Origin: Diplonema japonicum
Lineage: Eukaryota > Protista > Euglenozoa: Diplonemea
NCBI GenBank assembly: GCA_964019335.1
Contig: OZ025699.1
Coordinates: 1 to 64,000 of the forward strand
DNA: 64,000 bases
Direction of reading: 5' to 3'
Shown here piece after piece: positions 36,841 through 49,200 of this stretch. The notes beneath the pieces are model-generated. The model had not been told where the DNA came from. It did not search any database and saw nothing but the letters and a program-made list of their open reading frames with translations. The number at the start of each line of letters is the position of its first letter. The stretch's first letter is position 1. The position numbers were made by a program, and so were the translations under genes.

Positions 36841-37521
36841 TTAGTATGTTAGGAGCAGCTGCTCTATTTGCTCGAACCCCTTTTCCCTTGCGTAATCGAT
36901 AGCGGTCTTCCCATAGCAGCTTTTGGCTTTTCGGTCGGCGCCGTAAGATAACAACAATTTAACAGCATCGGGTTTTCCATAATACGACGCATGAAGGAGC
37001 CCTGTATGTCCTCCGTACCCGTCGGGCTTGTCCTCGATGTCAACCAAGCCTAAACTGAGAAATTCAGAAACGCATTTTACAAGACCTCTACAGCACGCCA
37101 GCAAGAATGCTTCGGAAATGGGCTCATCGTCAGTGAAAAGCTCTGCTTGGTACATTTCCGTAATTATCTCTGCGTACTTTGCATCTTCAGTTGCCACGTT
37201 GTAGGTCGGGCCGTGGACCCGTCGGAGCCGCTGAACGAGTAGTGTGGCGCCGCCTTCGTTCCACTCCAGCTCGGAAAGCCTGTCCCGCGCTCTTTGTTTC
37301 TTCTCCATGACCACTTCGAGCTCCGATCCGTCCTCAAAAGCGTAACCCCCCATCACATCCCCGTCGGTTAACTGCTCTCCCTGGAACGCCACCCCGAACC
37401 TCGACAGCTCTAAACCCGTTTCACTCATTATCTTTTGCTTGAAAGCAGCCACCGTGTCGCCATACCCAGCCTCCACTGAGATATATGCTTGCGGGGTGAG
37501 TTGTACGTGTAGGTTCACCAT
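36841..37521 (-). CDS. Ubiquitin-like domain plus ankyrin-repeat protein
   Basis: N-terminal DTVAAFKQKI...FQGEQL.DG...Y..EDGSELEVV (Ubl). C-terminal GHTGLLHASYYG..DAVKLLLSYGAD and GKTAIDYA (ankyrin). Confidence 0.85.
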   Translation of the reverse strand: MVNLHVQLTPQAYISVEAGYGDTVAAFKQKIMSETGLELSRFGVAFQGEQLTDGDVMGGYAFEDGSELEVVMEKKQRARDRLSELEWNEGGATLLVQRLRRVHGPTYNVATEDAKYAEIITEMYQAELFTDDEPISEAFLLACCRGLVKCVSEFLSLGLVDIEDKPDGYGGHTGLLHASYYGKPDAVKLLLSYGADRKAKSCYGKTAIDYAREKGFEQIEQLLLTY

Positions 37522-37959
37522 ACTTTTCTTTTTTTCTTTTTTTGTTAAAACCTTTTTTTTTTTTTTTTTTTTTCCCGATTAGTTAGCGGTGAAAAAAATA
37601 TAAAAAAAATAAAAAATAAAAAAGAGAGAGAACAACGAAGCAAGGGGGAAAGAAGTGTAACAATATACACGACTACTGAAAGAAAGGATGGGCTTTTTTT
37701 TTCTTCTTTTTTTTTTTTCTTTTTGAAAAAAAAGTGTTCGACCCACTAGATAGTAAGAGAAAAAAGGGAGAATAAAAAGTGTCCTTTTCTTAAAGAAAAA
37801 AAACTAAATACATATGAGAGAAAACGGGGAGCAAGGCGGACGGCAGAAAGCCAAAGTAAGAGAACGAGAAAGAAGAAGAATAAAGAGGTAAAAGGAAATC
37901 CCTGATCTGGGACGTCCTGTCTTGTTCTTCTAGAAGAAGAAAAGCTCTTGTGCTCATTA

Positions 37960-38865
37960 TCAGTACGGCAACACTTGCTCCCTTTCGATGTCAAACTCAG
38001 TTGAGACAGTGACAATGAACATCATACTAGTAGCGCCGAACCAAGCAATGCAAATGTTACGCCACTGGTCATCCTTGTACCCCGTGATCTTGTCCACGTA
38101 CTGTTGGGTCTGAAACCTGCTCTGAGAGTTGAACTCCATCATGTGATGGAAGCGAGAGGGCCCGGAGTAGGGAATCTTATCCCGCTGCTCAGACTCCAAG
38201 TACTCCGACTGAGCCAGCTTCCTGATGATGGTGAACGCCGCATTCTGTTGGAACCCACAGTCATCCGGATTAGGGCCCTCTGCAATGCACCCAGCATAAA
38301 CAGGAGGGTCGAACTTGCACCCTTTCACGCTTCCAGTGTACACAATCGGGGCGGAAACCCATGACCAGCCGTACTCCGACTTCACTGACTTCCTGCCCCA
38401 GTCAAGGCCCCATTCCTCATCGACTAAAGTGTAGTATGTGATGTTCGTTTTGATGGTCAAAGCGGAGGGGTTGGGTGCGATGTGGCAGCCGATAAGGGCC
38501 TCCCCGCCTGACGCCAGAGACCTCTCAGCCAGCTCCAGCTGCCTCCATGACAAGTTCGGCTCAAAGAACCCGATTGTTACCATTGTGGCATAGAATGTGA
38601 GGGCACAGCCAAAGTTGAAGAACAGACCTTTAGAGTCTTTATCTATAGCGACTGACGTGGTGGCTAACAGTGACACGGCAACCCACCCCCAGCCCCCCAG
38701 CCAGTTGTAGAGCTGGATCTCAAGATTGTAGTTGTTGTGAAAATCAGCGCGTATTAACAATGCCCGGCGTCCGATCACCTCCTCCAGGTGCACGTTCAGC
38801 ATCATTATACACGTCCACCAGACCCACACCAAGATCAACACTCCGAAAGCAGCACAGGGCTTCAT
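37960..38865 (-). CDS. Four-TM family protein, copy 1
   Basis: 301-aa ORF starting MKPCAAFGVLILVWVWW. Four hydrophobic segments with a large Cys-containing loop between TM3 and TM4. Five paralogs in the window. Confidence 0.85.
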   Translation of the reverse strand: MKPCAAFGVLILVWVWWTCIMMLNVHLEEVIGRRALLIRADFHNNYNLEIQLYNWLGGWGWVAVSLLATTSVAIDKDSKGLFFNFGCALTFYATMVTIGFFEPNLSWRQLELAERSLASGGEALIGCHIAPNPSALTIKTNITYYTLVDEEWGLDWGRKSVKSEYGWSWVSAPIVYTGSVKGCKFDPPVYAGCIAEGPNPDDCGFQQNAAFTIIRKLAQSEYLESEQRDKIPYSGPSRFHHMMEFNSQSRFQTQQYVDKITGYKDDQWRNICIAWFGATSMMFIVTVSTEFDIEREQVLPY

Positions 38866-39010
38866 TTTCTTTTCCCTTCCCCGTCTGTATGTGGTTACCT
38901 TTTCTTTTCAATGCAAAGAGTAACGGTAAAAATAATAATAAAAGAGGGAGAATGAGATAGAGCAAAGGCGGGAGAAACCCTATTAACTATTGCGTAATGG
39001 GAAAAAAACC

Positions 39011-39452
39011 TTTATTTAATTCGAGCCGGGTTTTCAAGGGTGGGAGTGAAAATAATATTACACTTTATATCACGATCAACTTTATATTCACTCCCAGCTT
39101 ATAGAGAGTACTTATAAGGCCCAGGAGTGATCTGTCATTCCTGCACCTACTCTAAGCCAAACTCCCTAGAAAGCCAAAGGCGATGGGGAAGGTTACACGT
39201 TTCTAAGATGCTAGACAGTCGCTTGACCCATCCCAAAATCAAGATTCTGCAAGTGGTTCCCCGCATCCACCCCCAGATGGTTCCAGCGGTAGCGATGCAC
39301 AGGAAAAGCCTTGACATCAACACTAATGTTAAAAGTAACGAGGACTGGTAACTTGAAATCCCTTGCTACCTCTCAGTTTTGATTTCTTCTTGTAACCTGT
39401 ACCCTGCACCTGTAACCTCCCACCCTTTCAAACCCGGCTCTTATTAAATAAA
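39011..39452. mobile_element. MITE-like element with ~36-bp imperfect TIRs
   Basis: TTTATTTAATTCGAGCCGGGTTTTCAAGGGTGGGAG (39011-39046) is the near reverse complement of 39417-39452. Confidence 0.65.
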
Positions 39453-39860
39453 TAGATATTAAATTCGATCCGAAGTTTCAGTGTGCATGGGGGGTGCTCA
39501 CTGTTCAGGTATTAAATATATGAGTTAAAGGAAGTCTTTGTGAGACGCCCCCTTGTTCTCATCTTCTACCTGCACCTATCCCCTTTCAGCAGCTATTAAA
39601 AAAGAGATACAGTACTGAAAGAGAACCAGTTAACTGAAGATTTGACCTTTAAAAAAAGTCGATGCCACATGCAAACTCCGCATGGGAGCCGCAGGCAAAA
39701 AAAAAAGTAAAGGGAGAGTGGAGCAAGTAGAGAGGTGTTATAAATAAATAAAATGAGAGAAAACGGGGAGCAAGGGGAAGCCGAAGTAAGAGAACGAGAA
39801 GAGAAAAAAAAGGAAGGAAAGGGGGGCTCATCTTTTTTGAATAACAAACAGTGACGCCCT

Positions 39861-40745
39861 CTATTTCTCGATGTAAAACCTGGTTAAAGCAATGAGCAAC
39901 ATTACACCAGTAACACCGAACCAAGCAATGCAAATGTTACGCCACTGGTCATCCTTGTACCCCGTGATCTTGTCCACGTACTGTTGGGTCTGAAACCTGC
40001 TCTGAGAGTTGAACTCCATCATGTGATGGAAGCGAGAGGGCCCGGAGTAGGGAATCTTATCCCGCTGCTCAGACTCCAAGTACTCCGACTGAGCCAGCTT
40101 CCTGATGATGGTGAACGCCGCATTCTGTTCGAACCCACAGTCCTTCGCAGTAGGGCTCTTTGCAATGCACCCAGCATAAACAGGAGGGTCGAACTTGCAC
40201 CCTTTCACGCTTCCAGTGTACACAATCGGGGCGGAAACCCATGACCAGCCGTACTCCGACTTCACTGACTTCCTGCCCCAGTCAAGGCCCCATTCCTCAT
40301 CGACTAAAGTGTAGTATGTGATGTTCGTTTTGATGGTCAAAGCGGAGGGGTTGGGTGCGATGTGGCAGCCGATAAGGGCCTCCCCGCCTGACGCCAGAGA
40401 CCTCTCAGCCAGCTCCAGCTGCCTCCATGACAAGTTCGGTTCCAAGAACCCGATTGTTACCATTGTGACATAGAATGCGAAGGCATTGCCACAACCGTAG
40501 CTGAAGAACAGAGCTACATTATGGTCGCCTCGCAGCGCAATGGTCGGCAGCAGGCACACGATAACCCACCCCAAACCCCCAAACCAGTTGTAGCACTGGA
40601 TCGAAACATGGTAGTTTTCCAATTCGCTTAACACAAAAGGTGCTTGGCGTCCGATCACCTCCTCCAGGTGCACGTTCAGCATCATTATACACGTCCACCA
40701 GACCCACACCAAGATCAACACTCCGAAAGCAGCACAGGGCTTCAT
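39861..40745 (-). CDS. Four-TM family protein, copy 2
   Basis: 294-aa paralog. Confidence 0.85.
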   Translation of the reverse strand: MKPCAAFGVLILVWVWWTCIMMLNVHLEEVIGRQAPFVLSELENYHVSIQCYNWFGGLGWVIVCLLPTIALRGDHNVALFFSYGCGNAFAFYVTMVTIGFLEPNLSWRQLELAERSLASGGEALIGCHIAPNPSALTIKTNITYYTLVDEEWGLDWGRKSVKSEYGWSWVSAPIVYTGSVKGCKFDPPVYAGCIAKSPTAKDCGFEQNAAFTIIRKLAQSEYLESEQRDKIPYSGPSRFHHMMEFNSQSRFQTQQYVDKITGYKDDQWRNICIAWFGVTGVMLLIALTRFYIEK

Positions 40746-41142
40746 TTTCTTTTCCCTTCCCCGTCTGTGTGTGTTTACCTTTTATTTTCAGTACAATGAG
40801 TAGCGGTAAAAATAATAATAAGAGAGGGAGAGTGAGATAGAACAAGGCGGGAGAAACCCTATAGCGTGTAACAGTAAAGGGAAAAAAAAAGCCCTATAAA
40901 AAAGAGATACACTGCAAGAAGAGTGGGGTTAGAACCAGTCAACTGAAGTGTTTGACATATAAAAAAAAAGTAAATGGAGAGTGGAGCAAGTAGAGAGGTG
41001 TTATAAATAAATAAAATGAGAGAAAACGGGGAGCAAGGGGAAGCCGAAGTAAGAGAACGAGAAGAGAAAGGGGAAAAAAGGAAGGAAGGGGGGGGGGGGG
41101 GGGGGGGGCTTATCTCTTTTGAATAAAAAGCAGTGACGCCCT

Positions 41143-42033
41143 CTATTTCTCGATGTCAAACTTGGTCAAAGCAGTGGCAATGAGCAACATTACACCAGTA
41201 ACAATGAACCAAGCAATGCAAATGTTACGCCACTGGTCATCCTTGTATTCCGTGATCTTGTCCACGTACTGTTGGGTCTGAAACCTGCTCTGAGAGTTGA
41301 ACTCCATCATGTGATGGAAGCGAGAGGGCCCGGAGTAGGGAATCTTATCCCGCTGCTCAGACTCCAAGTACTCCGACTGAGCCAGCTTCCTGATGATGGT
41401 GAACGCCGCATTCTGTTCGAACCCACAGTCCTTCGCAGTAGGGCCCTTTGCAATGCACCCAGCATAAACAGGAGGGTCGAACTTGCACCCTTTCACGCTT
41501 CCAGTGTACACAATCGGGGCGGAAACCCATGACCAGCCGTACTCCGACTTCACTGACTTCCTGCCCCAGTCAAGGCCCCATTCCTCATCGACTAAAGTGT
41601 AGTATGTGATGTTCGTTTTGATGGTCAAAGCGGAGGGGTTGGGTGCGATGTGGCAGCCGATAAGGGCCTCCCCGCCTGACGCCAGAGACCTCTCAGCCAG
41701 CTCCAGCTGCCTCCATGACAAGTTCGGTTCCAAGAACCCGATTGTTACCATTGTGACATAGAATGCGAAGGCACAGCCACAGCTGAAGAACAGAGCCACA
41801 TCATGCACGTCTACGAGCACAATGGTCGGCAGCAGCAGCCACACGATAACCCACCCCAAACCCCCCAGCCAGTTGTAGCACTGGATCGCAACGTCGTAGT
41901 TGTTTTCCATTTCGCCTGCCTCCAAAAATGCCTGGCGTCCGATCACCTCCTCCAGGTGCACGTTCAGCATCATTATACACGTCCACCAGACCCACACCAA
42001 GATCAACACTCCGAAAGCAGCAAAGGGCTTCAT
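41143..42033 (-). CDS. Four-TM family protein, copy 3
   Basis: 296-aa paralog. Confidence 0.85.
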   Translation of the reverse strand: MKPFAAFGVLILVWVWWTCIMMLNVHLEEVIGRQAFLEAGEMENNYDVAIQCYNWLGGLGWVIVWLLLPTIVLVDVHDVALFFSCGCAFAFYVTMVTIGFLEPNLSWRQLELAERSLASGGEALIGCHIAPNPSALTIKTNITYYTLVDEEWGLDWGRKSVKSEYGWSWVSAPIVYTGSVKGCKFDPPVYAGCIAKGPTAKDCGFEQNAAFTIIRKLAQSEYLESEQRDKIPYSGPSRFHHMMEFNSQSRFQTQQYVDKITEYKDDQWRNICIAWFIVTGVMLLIATALTKFDIEK

Positions 42034-43970
42034 TTTCCTTGTCCCTTTTTCTTTTTCTTTTTTGTCCTGTTAGTGTGTTTACCACGTACCCTCGGGTAAC
42101 GCAAAAAAGAAGAATGACCTGGGTCGCTTAAAAAACTGCCTGGCACGAGCTACTTCTTTTCCCCTCAGCGGAAGCTGCTTTCCTTCCTTGCGCTGAAGGA
42201 TGCATCATTCTTCGTCCCATTCGGTCTGCCTTCCTGGTGGTGTCTGTGCCTGCTCAGCGAGTGCACCTTACTAAAGGACCTCTTCCATGAGGTACACAAG
42301 GGACCGACCGTATCACCATCCTAGGGCCACACCTTCGGCACCTCACCAATATGTTAGTTGTCGTCAGGAGGACCACAACACAGAGCAACAGAGCAGCAAC
42401 CGGGAAGTACCTGTACCACGGTGTGGGCGACTGTTAAGATGTGTAGGAATGCAGAGACGCGAGCACCAAGGAGTCGAAGACCCACCTCTGCGCGGAGGTC
42501 CTCTACCCACAGAGGGAACCCACGCAGGACATCGAAGGGATTGCGTCTTCAAAAGGTTCCCCGTCTTGTCGTTCAGAGGTGGTGCAGATTTAGATGTCGC
42601 TGTACCTCTTGAGGATGTCAGTCACTGGTATTCCATCTTATTTGTGTTTTCGTATGCAGTATTTATCCTTCTTCCCCGTGTTTTGTATTCGCTTTTTAGC
42701 GCAATATCATTTCAACTGCCATCAGGAAATGCAGGGCGGAGGGTCAGAGCAACAGAGCAGCACCCCCCCTGTCCCCTTGTTGGAAGAAAATCGACATCTG
42801 TGAAGAATAAATCAAGTGAGGGAGGCCGTCCTCCGCCCAAGCGCGAAGCAACGTGCAGGCACAGCCAGGGCCCGGGAAAGACACCAAGAATCTCTTCTGG
42901 AAGTGGCAAGGGCGATTTCTAAAGACGATCTCATGAAAGCCAAAGCCGAGGTATCTTCTTTGCTTTTTCTTGTGTAGAAACTAAGGGGGAAATACCGATG
43001 GAGGAGCAACGTGCAGGCACAACAATGTCGGAGGTTACCGTGGACGGTGGAAAAAAAGTTAGTGGCTGCATAAGGGAAATTGTGGTGGCTACAGTAAAAA
43101 GTGGAAAAAAAAGTTGGAGGTTGAAGGCGACGGTGGAAAAAAAGTTATTTGGTTACCGTGGACGTTGTTTTTCTCTTTCTTTTCTTTTTATAAATTCCAC
43201 TTCTTTTTCGACCTGCTAAGGCCGCACCGGCTTTGTCAAATCCCTGTGGCCCAGAAATGAATGCCGTACACACAGAACGCGTGCGCAGCAAAATCTAAAT
43301 AAGAAAAGTGCGTTCTAACTACGCAGCAAAATCTGGGAAAATGCGTACAGCCCCTTACAGGTACAGGAAACGGATGAGAGGGGCGAATGGGAGTGCGGCA
43401 CAAAAACGGATGGAAGAGAGGGTGGAAGGGTGGAAGGGCACATGCGATCCAAGTCTCTATCAGACGTTACTCTTCGTCATTGGGATCTAGAAGAGAACCT
43501 CCCGCTGACTGCGTGCAGGTGACATTCCGTTTGTTGACAAGAGAATCGGCTCTGTCATCCCAATGGCCGGTCTTTGGGCTTCTCATCCCTGAACCATGCC
43601 CACCGAGCAAAATCTAAGTGCGAATTCGAATAACGCGTACGTACGGTGGTACGCCGACAACGTGGCCCTGAGAGGGGGGAGGGGAGGGGGGAACAAGCAG
43701 ATGGTGTAAAAGTAAATGAAATGAGAGAAACGAGAGCGGCACTGAAAATCGAAGTAAGAGAACGAGAACGGAAAACATTCAGGCTTTTAAACCAAAAGGG
43801 TGGTGCTTTTAGTAATGTCTTAGGGGAAACCCAAATAAGAGAACGAGAAAGAAGAATAAGAAAAAAGGAGGGAAAGGGGGGGCTTATCTCTTGAAAAAAA
43901 AACTCAAATTAACATGCAAACTCCCAGAGCGAAAGCCGCATGCCCTAAAAAGGGAGGGGGTATGGTCAGT

Positions 43971-44035
43971 ACTAGGTATCTCTCAGTTTCGATCTAATCT
44001 TGCGACTCCTCCAAGTGCTGATCTCTTCAGGCTAG
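43971..44035 (-). ncRNA. Hammerhead ribozyme-like motif (type I layout), copy B
   Basis: Minus strand CUAGC-CUGAAGA-GAUC-(25 nt)-GAUC-GAAA-CUGAGAGAUA-CCUAG. Stem III and cleavage site are imperfect. Confidence 0.6.
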
Positions 44036-44552
44036 AAGCACCCTTCATTGGCTCCCACTAGCGTCCCAGCAGGTTTGGAGAGTACTTTTCCCGACCACGG
44101 TCTCCGCATTCGCTCTGTGGACAAGGCTATGGAGAGCCCGTCCGTTGTGCTCAGTGCTCGTCCGTATATTCCGAGTGCGTACGTTCCCACTGGCAGAACA
44201 TAGGTTAGGTAGACGGTCCTCAGTGTCGCACCGTAACGCGTACGTACGGTGGTACGCCGACAACGTGGCCCTGAGAGGGGGGGGGGGGGGGGGAACAAGC
44301 AGATGGTATAAAAGTAAATGAAATGAGAGAAACGAGAGCGGCACTGAAAATCGAAGTAAGAGAACGAGAACGGAAAACATTCAGGCTTTTAAACCAAAAG
44401 GGTGGTGCTTTTAGTAATGTCTGGGGGGAAACCCAAATAAGAGAACGAGAAAGAAGAATAAGAAAAAAGGAGGGAAAGGGGGGGCTTATCTCTTGAAAAA
44501 AAACAGTGGGCACCCCTTACCCTTTGATGTCAAGCTGTATTATTCTCTGCTA

Positions 44553-45532
44553 TCAATACGGTGACGCCCCCTTTTTTTCGATGTAAAACTTGGTCAAAGC
44601 AGTGGCAATGAGCAACATTACACCAGTAGCACCGAACCAAGCAATGCAAATGTTACGCCACTGGTCATCCTTGTACCCCGTGATCTTGTCCACGTACTGT
44701 TGGGTCTGAAACCTGCTCTGAGAGTTGAACTCCATCATGTGATGGAAGCGAGAGGGCCCGGAGTAGGGAATCTTATCCCGCTGCTCAGACTCCAAGTACT
44801 CCGACTGAGCCAACTTCCTGATGATGGTGAACGCCGCATTCTGTTGGAACCCACAGTCCTGCGCGGTAGGGTCATTTGCAATGCACCCAGCATAAACAGG
44901 AGGGTCGAACTTGCACCCTTTCACGCTTCCAGTGTACACAATCGGGGCGGAAACCCATGAGCTGCCACGCTCCGACTTCACTGACTTCCTGCCCCAGTCA
45001 AGGCCCCATTCCTCATCGACTAAAGTGTAGTATGTGATGTTCGTTTTGATGGTCAAAGCGGAGGGGTTGGGTGCGATGTGGCAGCCGATAAGGGCCTCCC
45101 CGCCTGACGCCAGAGACCTCTCAGCCAGCTCCAGCTGCCTCCATGACAAGTTCGGTTCCAAGAACCCCATTGTTGCCATTGTGACATAGAATGCGAGGGC
45201 ACAGCCACAGCTGAAGAACAGAGCCACATTATGGTCATCTATGAGCACAATGGTCGGCAGCAGGCACACGACAACCCACCCCAAACCCCCAAACCAGTTG
45301 TAGTACTGGATCGTAGTATTGTAGTCCCGGTCTGTTTCTTCTGCAGGTGCCGTAGAGAGGTGTGCGGTTATCCCCGCATCATGTGTGGTCGTCTCTACGC
45401 GGCGGTTGGCAATGGTCTCCGTCAACAATATCTGGCGTCCGATCACCTCCTCCAGGTGCACGTTCAGCATCATTATACACGTCCACCAGACCCACACCAA
45501 GATCAACACTCGAAAGCAGCACAGGGCTTCAT
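44553..45532 (-). pseudogene. Four-TM family protein, copy 4, with a 1-nt deletion near the start
   Basis: Nearly identical to copy 6, but reads ACTCGAAAGC instead of ACTCCGAAAGC at ~45511, a frameshift at codon 8. May be a sequencing error. Confidence 0.7.
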
Positions 45533-46245
45533 CTTCCTTGTCTCCTTTTTCTTTTTGTCTTGCCTGTTGTAGTTTTTTTTCTTTTCTGATGTGATGAAGA
45601 ATGAACTTTTTGGTTTCTTCATGAACCACCCTGCCCTGACTATGATGCCGTGAGCGTCTTGCGGAGTCGAGTGATGCAGTCCCGCTTGTAAGCAGCTTTC
45701 AGTTCCATCAGCTTGTCGTGCATGGAGTGGGTGGCGAAAATGCGCCTCCTTGAGAAACCGAACAGTAGCTGGTTTACCTCCAATGGCGATGAGGGACTTC
45801 ACACTTCTTCTGTTTGTGCTGGGAAGGGGCGTCGCGTCTTCCGTGCCCTGCATGCTGCGTTTATTTATGATCAGCGCCTTGATCCTGAATGCCCTTTCTT
45901 CCAGCCTCTCCTTCTGGCCTCCTAATGATTTGTCGGTTGCCCATTCAACATCAACCACAGCCAGCTCCACATCTGACTGGTGTCCCCCTCCATCCATTGG
46001 TAAACGTTCTTCTTCTTTCAATCGATTGTTATATGTACTTATAAAATATAAAATATAGCGCGCATTCGACGACACTGATCAAGCGACTGGCACCTTCCGA
46101 AGAAGGGCCTCCCACGTCCGCCGGGTTGAGCAGAGGATGCCCCGGGGCGGCCGTTCCAGTCTGATCATGTCGCACTATAATATATGTTCTCATCTCCAAG
46201 GAGAAATGAGGTTTTTTGCCCTCGTAGCTCGCCGGGCCAGCTCTC

Positions 46246-49200
46246 TTACTTGCGTAAGGTCTTCGTGGTTCTTGGGGGGTGGCGCTGTCCCACATTATGC
46301 CACTGCAGCGTGGTGAAGAACAGCCAGTCAGTGGCCACGAAGTAGTGATCCTTCAAGGCTCTCATATCTCCGTGCCGCGTGAACTGCTGCCGTCTCTCGA
46401 CGTCCCCCTTCGCCTTCCAGCCTTCCGAGTCATACCTGGCCATGATCCACGTCTTGTCAAAGTCCAGGATGAGGGCGAACCGGACAAACTTCATGTGAAT
46501 CCCGAGTTCCTTCGCGGTTTTAGGCTCTTCGCCGAGCACGTGTTTGCAGACCCGTATCATGGCTTCTGGCGTCCACTCCCCTTCCGCTTCGACGATCCCG
46601 GCCGTCGCCAGTTTCGTGTGGGAGAGCTTATCTTCCAGACCCGCTCGATGTTCTTCAGCCAGGGCGTGAACGGCGGCCTTGCCCGACCGTCGGTTCGCCC
46701 TGAGGAGGTCCAAGCGGTCTTTCTTCTTTGCGGGCTCCGCTTGTCCGTCGCACAACTGCCCGCGCTTCGCGCTCTTGGACCGCCATTTGACGAGCAGAGG
46801 TGGCGCTGGTGCACGATCTGTGTTGGTCCTTACCAGCTTGGTGTCGTGGCCAAGGTACACGTCCGGGCATGCGCCTCCCTTTCGCTTCTTCTTGTGGTGG
46901 CTTGCGAGGGGCGGGGCCGGGGCTGGGGCTGAGTGTGGGGCCAGGGCTTCGTCGCCGTCGTGGGTAGTGAGGCATGCCAGTTCCAGCTCCTCCGTCCGTG
47001 GCGCAGGTTCCGCCGTCTCCGATGGCGGGGTCGAGGTCGGGGCAGAGACTTTGTCGTCGTCGTCGCCAGTCAGGTCTATGACCACCTTCAGATTTCTCTG
47101 TGCCTCATCTGTCCCCCGTGGGGCAGGTCTCGCTGACTGAGGTCGTCGTCTGTTTGCGTCGACTCTGTGGGTGGTGGCTCCAGCATGTACATGTCCCCCT
47201 GTGGGGGAGGAGGAGGTTCCGTCGCAGCAGTCAAATCCGCGGGTGGCTCCAGCATGTACATGTCTCTGCTGTGCTGTGTCAGCTCCGGCAAGTACAGGTC
47301 GTCTGTAGCCGACAGACCGGCCAGGGGTGAGAATCGTTCTGGGGTGCGAGGGAAACACGCGGTCGTTGCGCTGTGTGCGCGTCTCGGTTGTGATCCGGGG
47401 CTTGACGTGCGACCTCTCGTGATGCCCCCACGACCTCGTTGGTGCCCCGGGACATCGGACCACAGCAGACTCTGATGGACAGTCGTCGTTGTTCGCGTAA
47501 AAGAAGAAGAAGCAGAAAAAGAAGGAGGAGAAGTAGAAGTGCCCCGTCCTAACGCAGTCCTGCTACTGCTTTGCATCTGTCGTTGCGACATCGTCGTCAG
47601 AGCTAACGGCACCCAGGGCTCCGCTGTCGTCAAGAGGGGTGGTGGGGCGACCGCCTTCGTTGAGGGCTCGGGTTGCACCCATGTCGTTGATCCATGCTGC
47701 CCCAGAGGTTCAGACAGGTCCATCTGCACGGGGACTGGGTCTGTAACGGGGAGGGCATCAACTTCGGGTAACGGGTCCGAGGCGAGGACCGGGTCAGACG
47801 CGGGGACCGGGTCTCTGGTGGAGGCTGCGCCTGGTGTTGGAACCGGGTCTGCGGAGGGGATCAGACTAGAAGCGTGGACCGGGCCTGTGGTGGGGACTGC
47901 GTCCGTGACAGAGATCAGGCCAGGCGAACTGACTAGGTCCGTGGTAGACTGGGCCAGTTGTGGGCACTGGGTCGTCAGGGACTATCGAGACCGGGCCAGA
48001 TGCGGGGACTGGATCCGTGGCGGGGACCGGGTCAGTGACTGGGCTGGCTGCGGGGACCGGGTCTGTGATGGGGGCCGTGTCTCCAACCGGGTTGGTTGTG
48101 GGGGCCGGGTCCGTGACAGGGACCGGGTTAGCTGCGGGGACCGGGTCTGTGACGGGGACCGGGTCAGCGACTGGGCTGGTTGCGGGGACTGGATCTGTGG
48201 CAGGGGCCGTGTCTGCGACCGGGTTAGCCGTGGAGACCGGGTCTGCGGTGCGGACCGGGTCAGCGACTGGGTTACTTGTAGGGACCGGGTCAACGACCAA
48301 ACTGGTTTCGGGGATCGCGTCTGTGATGTGGGTCGTGTCTGCGACCGGGCCAGATGCGGGGACCGGGTCTGTGACGGGGACCGGGTCAGCGACTGGGCTG
48401 GTTGCGGGGACTGGATCTGTGGCAGGGGCCGTGTCTGCGACCGGGTTAGTCGTGGAGACCGGGTCTGTGGTGAGGACCGGGTCAGCGACTGGGTTACTTG
48501 CAGGGACCGGGTCAACGACTAAGCTGGTTTCGGGGATCGCGTCTGTGATGTGGGTCGTGTCTGCGACCGGGCCAGATGCGGGGACCGGGTCCGTGACGGG
48601 GACCGGGTCAGCGACTGGGCTAGTTGTGGGGACCGGGTCTGCGACGGGGGCCGTGTCTGTGACTGGGTTAGCTCGGGTCGGGTCCGTGACGAGGGCCGGG
48701 TCCGTGATCGGGCTAGCTGCGGTAACTGGGTCTGTGATGAGGACCGGGTCAGCGATTGGGCTAGTCGCGGGGACCGGGTTCGTGACGGGGGCCGTGTCCG
48801 CGACCGGTTTAGTCGCGGGGACCGAGTCCGCGACCGGATTAGCCGTCGGGGCCGGGTCCGTGACGGAGACCGGGCCAGATGTATGGACCGGGTCTGCAAC
48901 GGGGGTCGGGTCAATGCTGTGGACCGGATTAGCGTCTGAGTCCGGACCAGGTGAAGGGACCGGGTCATCATTGGGGGTGAGGCTAGCTGCAGGGGTCTGG
49001 CTCAAACAGGGGCCTGAAACCGGTGGCATTACCTCGTCCTGCGCTCCCTTGATGCAAGCGTGGACGTCGAACGCTTTTGGTCTGCCGCCGTTCTGCTCCC
49101 TTATGGTCCTTGCTCTGGCCCAGCTTTCTTCGGTGATACCCAGGATGTTCTGTTCGTCATACATACGTAGGACCTGCCTCAGTCCATTGACACGGTGTTC

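Larger units (their letters stand above)
42978..45659. repeat. Recent segmental duplication, partner at 61921-64000 (runs off the window)
   Basis: Near-identical sequence including the four-TM gene. This copy has an extra ~270-bp internal duplication enclosing 43900-44235. Confidence 0.9.

Noticed and set aside
45640-46245. Possible endonuclease domain at the retroelement 3' end
   Set aside because: No GIY-YIG or other nuclease motif is recognisable, and the frames are broken. Left unassigned.
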